Below are positions 61,346 to 64,000 of a DNA stretch of 64,000 bases, one piece after another. The translations under genes and the position numbers were made by a program. This DNA comes from Gammaproteobacteria bacterium RIFCSPHIGHO2_12_FULL_39_24. Its GTDB lineage: Bacteria; Pseudomonadota; Gammaproteobacteria; Coxiellales; Coxiellaceae. The notes below the pieces were generated by a model. That model searched no databases, was not told the DNA's origin, and was given only the letters and a program-made list of their open reading frames with translations. The number at the start of each line of letters is the position of its first letter. The stretch's first letter is position 1. The stretch covers positions 32,742 to 96,741 of the forward strand of contig MGXZ01000020.1 in NCBI GenBank assembly GCA_001802455.1, given 5' to 3'.

Positions 61346-64000
<2,655 letters not shown>

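Overview
This is an AT-rich segment (by eye about 35-40% G+C) of a gammaproteobacterial chromosome. The gene order gyrB-rsmD-ftsY-ftsE-ftsX-rpoH, then a Com1-like DsbA, then glyQ-glyS-rsmB, together with the sugar chemistry, suggests a Legionellales/Coxiellaceae-type organism. That is an inference I cannot verify here.

Positions ~1-50.7 kb form one very large surface-glycan locus, almost entirely on the minus strand. It contains:
- a Wzm/Wzt ABC exporter;
- GDP-heptose-type genes (transaldolase, SIS isomerase, two GHMP-kinase + nucleotidyltransferase pairs);
- dTDP-rhamnose-type genes (rfbA, rfbC, rfbD);
- a CDP-hexose branch (rfbF, rfbG, E1-like 3-dehydratase) and a ColD-like 3-dehydratase branch;
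- two unrelated heterodimeric ThDP enzymes (split transketolase; PDH-E1 alpha/beta);
- a B12-radical-SAM enzyme, many SDR/epimerases and several GT2/GT-B glycosyltransferases;
- three lipid-carrier-style sets: three GtrA-like genes, two GtrB/ArnC-like GT2 genes, two YfhO-like GT-C genes, and a HAD::UbiA - SDR - flavoprotein - GtrA block that mirrors the mycobacterial decaprenyl-phospho-arabinose route.

The locus is interrupted at 7.75-12.67 kb by a plus-strand pair. One gene encodes a Cys-rich membrane protein. The other encodes a 1368-aa eukaryote-like type I surface protein (LVIVD-type beta-propeller, Pro/Thr mucin-like linker, dystroglycan-type cadherin-like repeats, TM helix, basic tail).

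A family of 125-201-bp palindromic MITE/REP-like elements with the conserved core TTTTTCGTGAA(C/A)ATGACACAAAAA sits between co-oriented genes at 2.5, 20.3 and 46.4 kb. Positions 50.7-64 kb are housekeeping genes plus a few small exported proteins and a pair of perfect DnaA boxes. I recognised no rRNA, tRNA, CRISPR, transposase or integrase genes.
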